Source of the DNA: Escherichia coli
Lineage (GTDB): Bacteria; Pseudomonadota; Gammaproteobacteria; Enterobacterales; Enterobacteriaceae
Length of the DNA stretch: 633 nucleotides
NCBI RefSeq assembly: GCF_003334305.1
Contig: NZ_QOWS01000073.1
Direction: 5' to 3' (one strand)
Shown: piece by piece, positions 1 through 633 of the stretch
Numbering within the stretch: position 1 is the stretch's first letter
How the letters are laid out: each line of letters opens with the position of its first letter
The notes under the pieces: model-generated
The model's input: only the letters and a program-made list of their open reading frames with translations
Database searches by the model: none
What the model was told of the DNA's origin: nothing
Program-made: the position numbers and the translations under genes

Positions 1-633
1 TCATCAGGGACATCGCAAACAATATGAAGACGGATTTCTTCTCTGCCGTGACTCTTTTCACTGATTGCGTAACTGTCATGCTCTGGATTATTTAATTCTT
101 TCAGCGGAAATTTTTCCTCAAAGGCTTTATTTAGCCGCCCCTGGTTTCCTTTTACCGCGAATAAATAATCACCTCCCTGTTTTTGTATCTTCTCTGCAAT
201 ATCTTTCTGGCAACCCATCGCATCAGTTGTGATGATTTTTCCTTTAATATCCAGCATGTTAAGAAGTTCTGGGATAGCTGTAATCTCATTAGATTTCTCA
301 TCCGTCTTGATCTGTCCGATGACCAGACTGTGCATTGTTGAGAACGCACTAATGACATGAATCGCTCCCCTGCGGCGACTCTTGTCATAAGAGTGCCGGA
401 GCGTTTTTCCATCAATTGCAATGACGTCTTTATCATCTGAAGAATGGCAGTCACGCATCCAGTTAATAAAGCACTCATGAAATTTTGCAGGACTGATACA
501 GGATACAACTCTGGCAATAGTATCGTGAACAGGAATACCATTTTCAAAATCACCATATTGCTTCAAGAAATCGAGATGTGTTTCCCCGAAATCCTCTATA
601 TCTTCCCAACTTTCTGCACCAGAAATAACGGCA
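1..633 (-). CDS. ISAs1-family transposase (H-repeat-associated protein, ISEc1-like), internal fragment, partial at both ends; in-frame codons occupy 632..3
   Basis: Seen in sequence: manual translation of the reverse complement in this frame gives 210 consecutive sense codons with no stop across the whole window. Recognition: motifs such as [50 protein letters not shown] and [33 protein letters not shown] match, from memory, the H-repeat / ISAs1 transposase family (E. coli YhhI/YdcC/YbfD-type proteins, roughly 378 aa). The ORF track missed it only because no start or stop falls inside the window. No database search was run, so paralog identity and percent identity are unknown. Confidence 0.9.
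1..633 (-). mobile_element. Internal portion of an ISAs1-family insertion sequence (H-repeat element); terminal inverted repeats and target-site duplication not in window
   Basis: Inferred from the transposase CDS that fills the window. ISAs1-family elements are single-ORF insertion sequences of roughly 1.2-1.4 kb (established knowledge), so the element boundaries must lie beyond both window edges. GC of about 41% by hand count suits a mobile element, but the host genome GC is unknown. Confidence 0.8.
222..413 (-). other. Region containing two candidate catalytic aspartates of the DDE motif: Asp codon at 411..413 (in VIAIDGKT) and Asp codon at 222..224 (in IITTDAMG)
   Basis: Seen in sequence: both are GAT codons on the minus strand, 63 residues apart, each following a hydrophobic beta-strand-like stretch as is typical of the first two acidic residues of DDE/RNase-H-fold transposases. 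Assigning them as the catalytic residues is inference from general DDE architecture, not from an alignment. The catalytic Glu would lie downstream of the gene, beyond position 1. Confidence 0.4.

Noticed and set aside
400-412. Homopolymer run (ttttt at 404..408 on +, read as GGAAAAACG on the minus strand) as a possible programmed ribosomal frameshift site
   Set aside because: ISAs1-family transposases are made from a single continuous ORF, unlike IS1 and IS3 families. The true frame reads straight through this run with conserved protein sequence on both sides ([12 protein letters not shown]), so no frameshift is needed or indicated.
152-556. 134-aa ORF on the minus strand from the supplied ORF track ([20 protein letters not shown]...)
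   Set aside because: It lies entirely inside the transposase gene on the same strand but in a different reading frame. Its sequence is leucine/arginine-rich and low-complexity with no recognisable domain, and there is no Shine-Dalgarno-like motif upstream of its ATG (preceding bases ...ttcttgaagcaat). It is most simply a shadow ORF of the real gene.
1-633. Possibility that the window contains a novel or undescribed system such as a defence island, toxin or new RNA
   Set aside because: All the sequence is accounted for by one well-known IS transposase coding frame. There is no intergenic space, repeat array, or second plausible ORF on either strand to support anything beyond the mobile element.
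1-633. Plus-strand coding potential
   Set aside because: The ORF track reports no plus-strand ORF and I found no recognisable protein on that strand. The plus strand is simply the antisense of the transposase gene.

Overview
The whole 633-bp window is an internal fragment of a single gene on the minus strand: an ISAs1-family (H-repeat-associated, ISEc1-like) DDE transposase. Reading the reverse complement in the frame whose codons occupy + strand 632..3 gives 210 sense codons with no stop ([210 protein letters not shown]). Both gene ends, and the ends of the insertion sequence, lie outside the window. The supplied 134-aa ORF (152..556, minus) is an out-of-frame shadow of this gene, not a real coding region. 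I see no RNA genes, CRISPR repeats, terminators or intergenic regulatory DNA, and no evidence of a novel system: this is a copy of a known mobile element. Hand-counted GC is about 41% (262/633).
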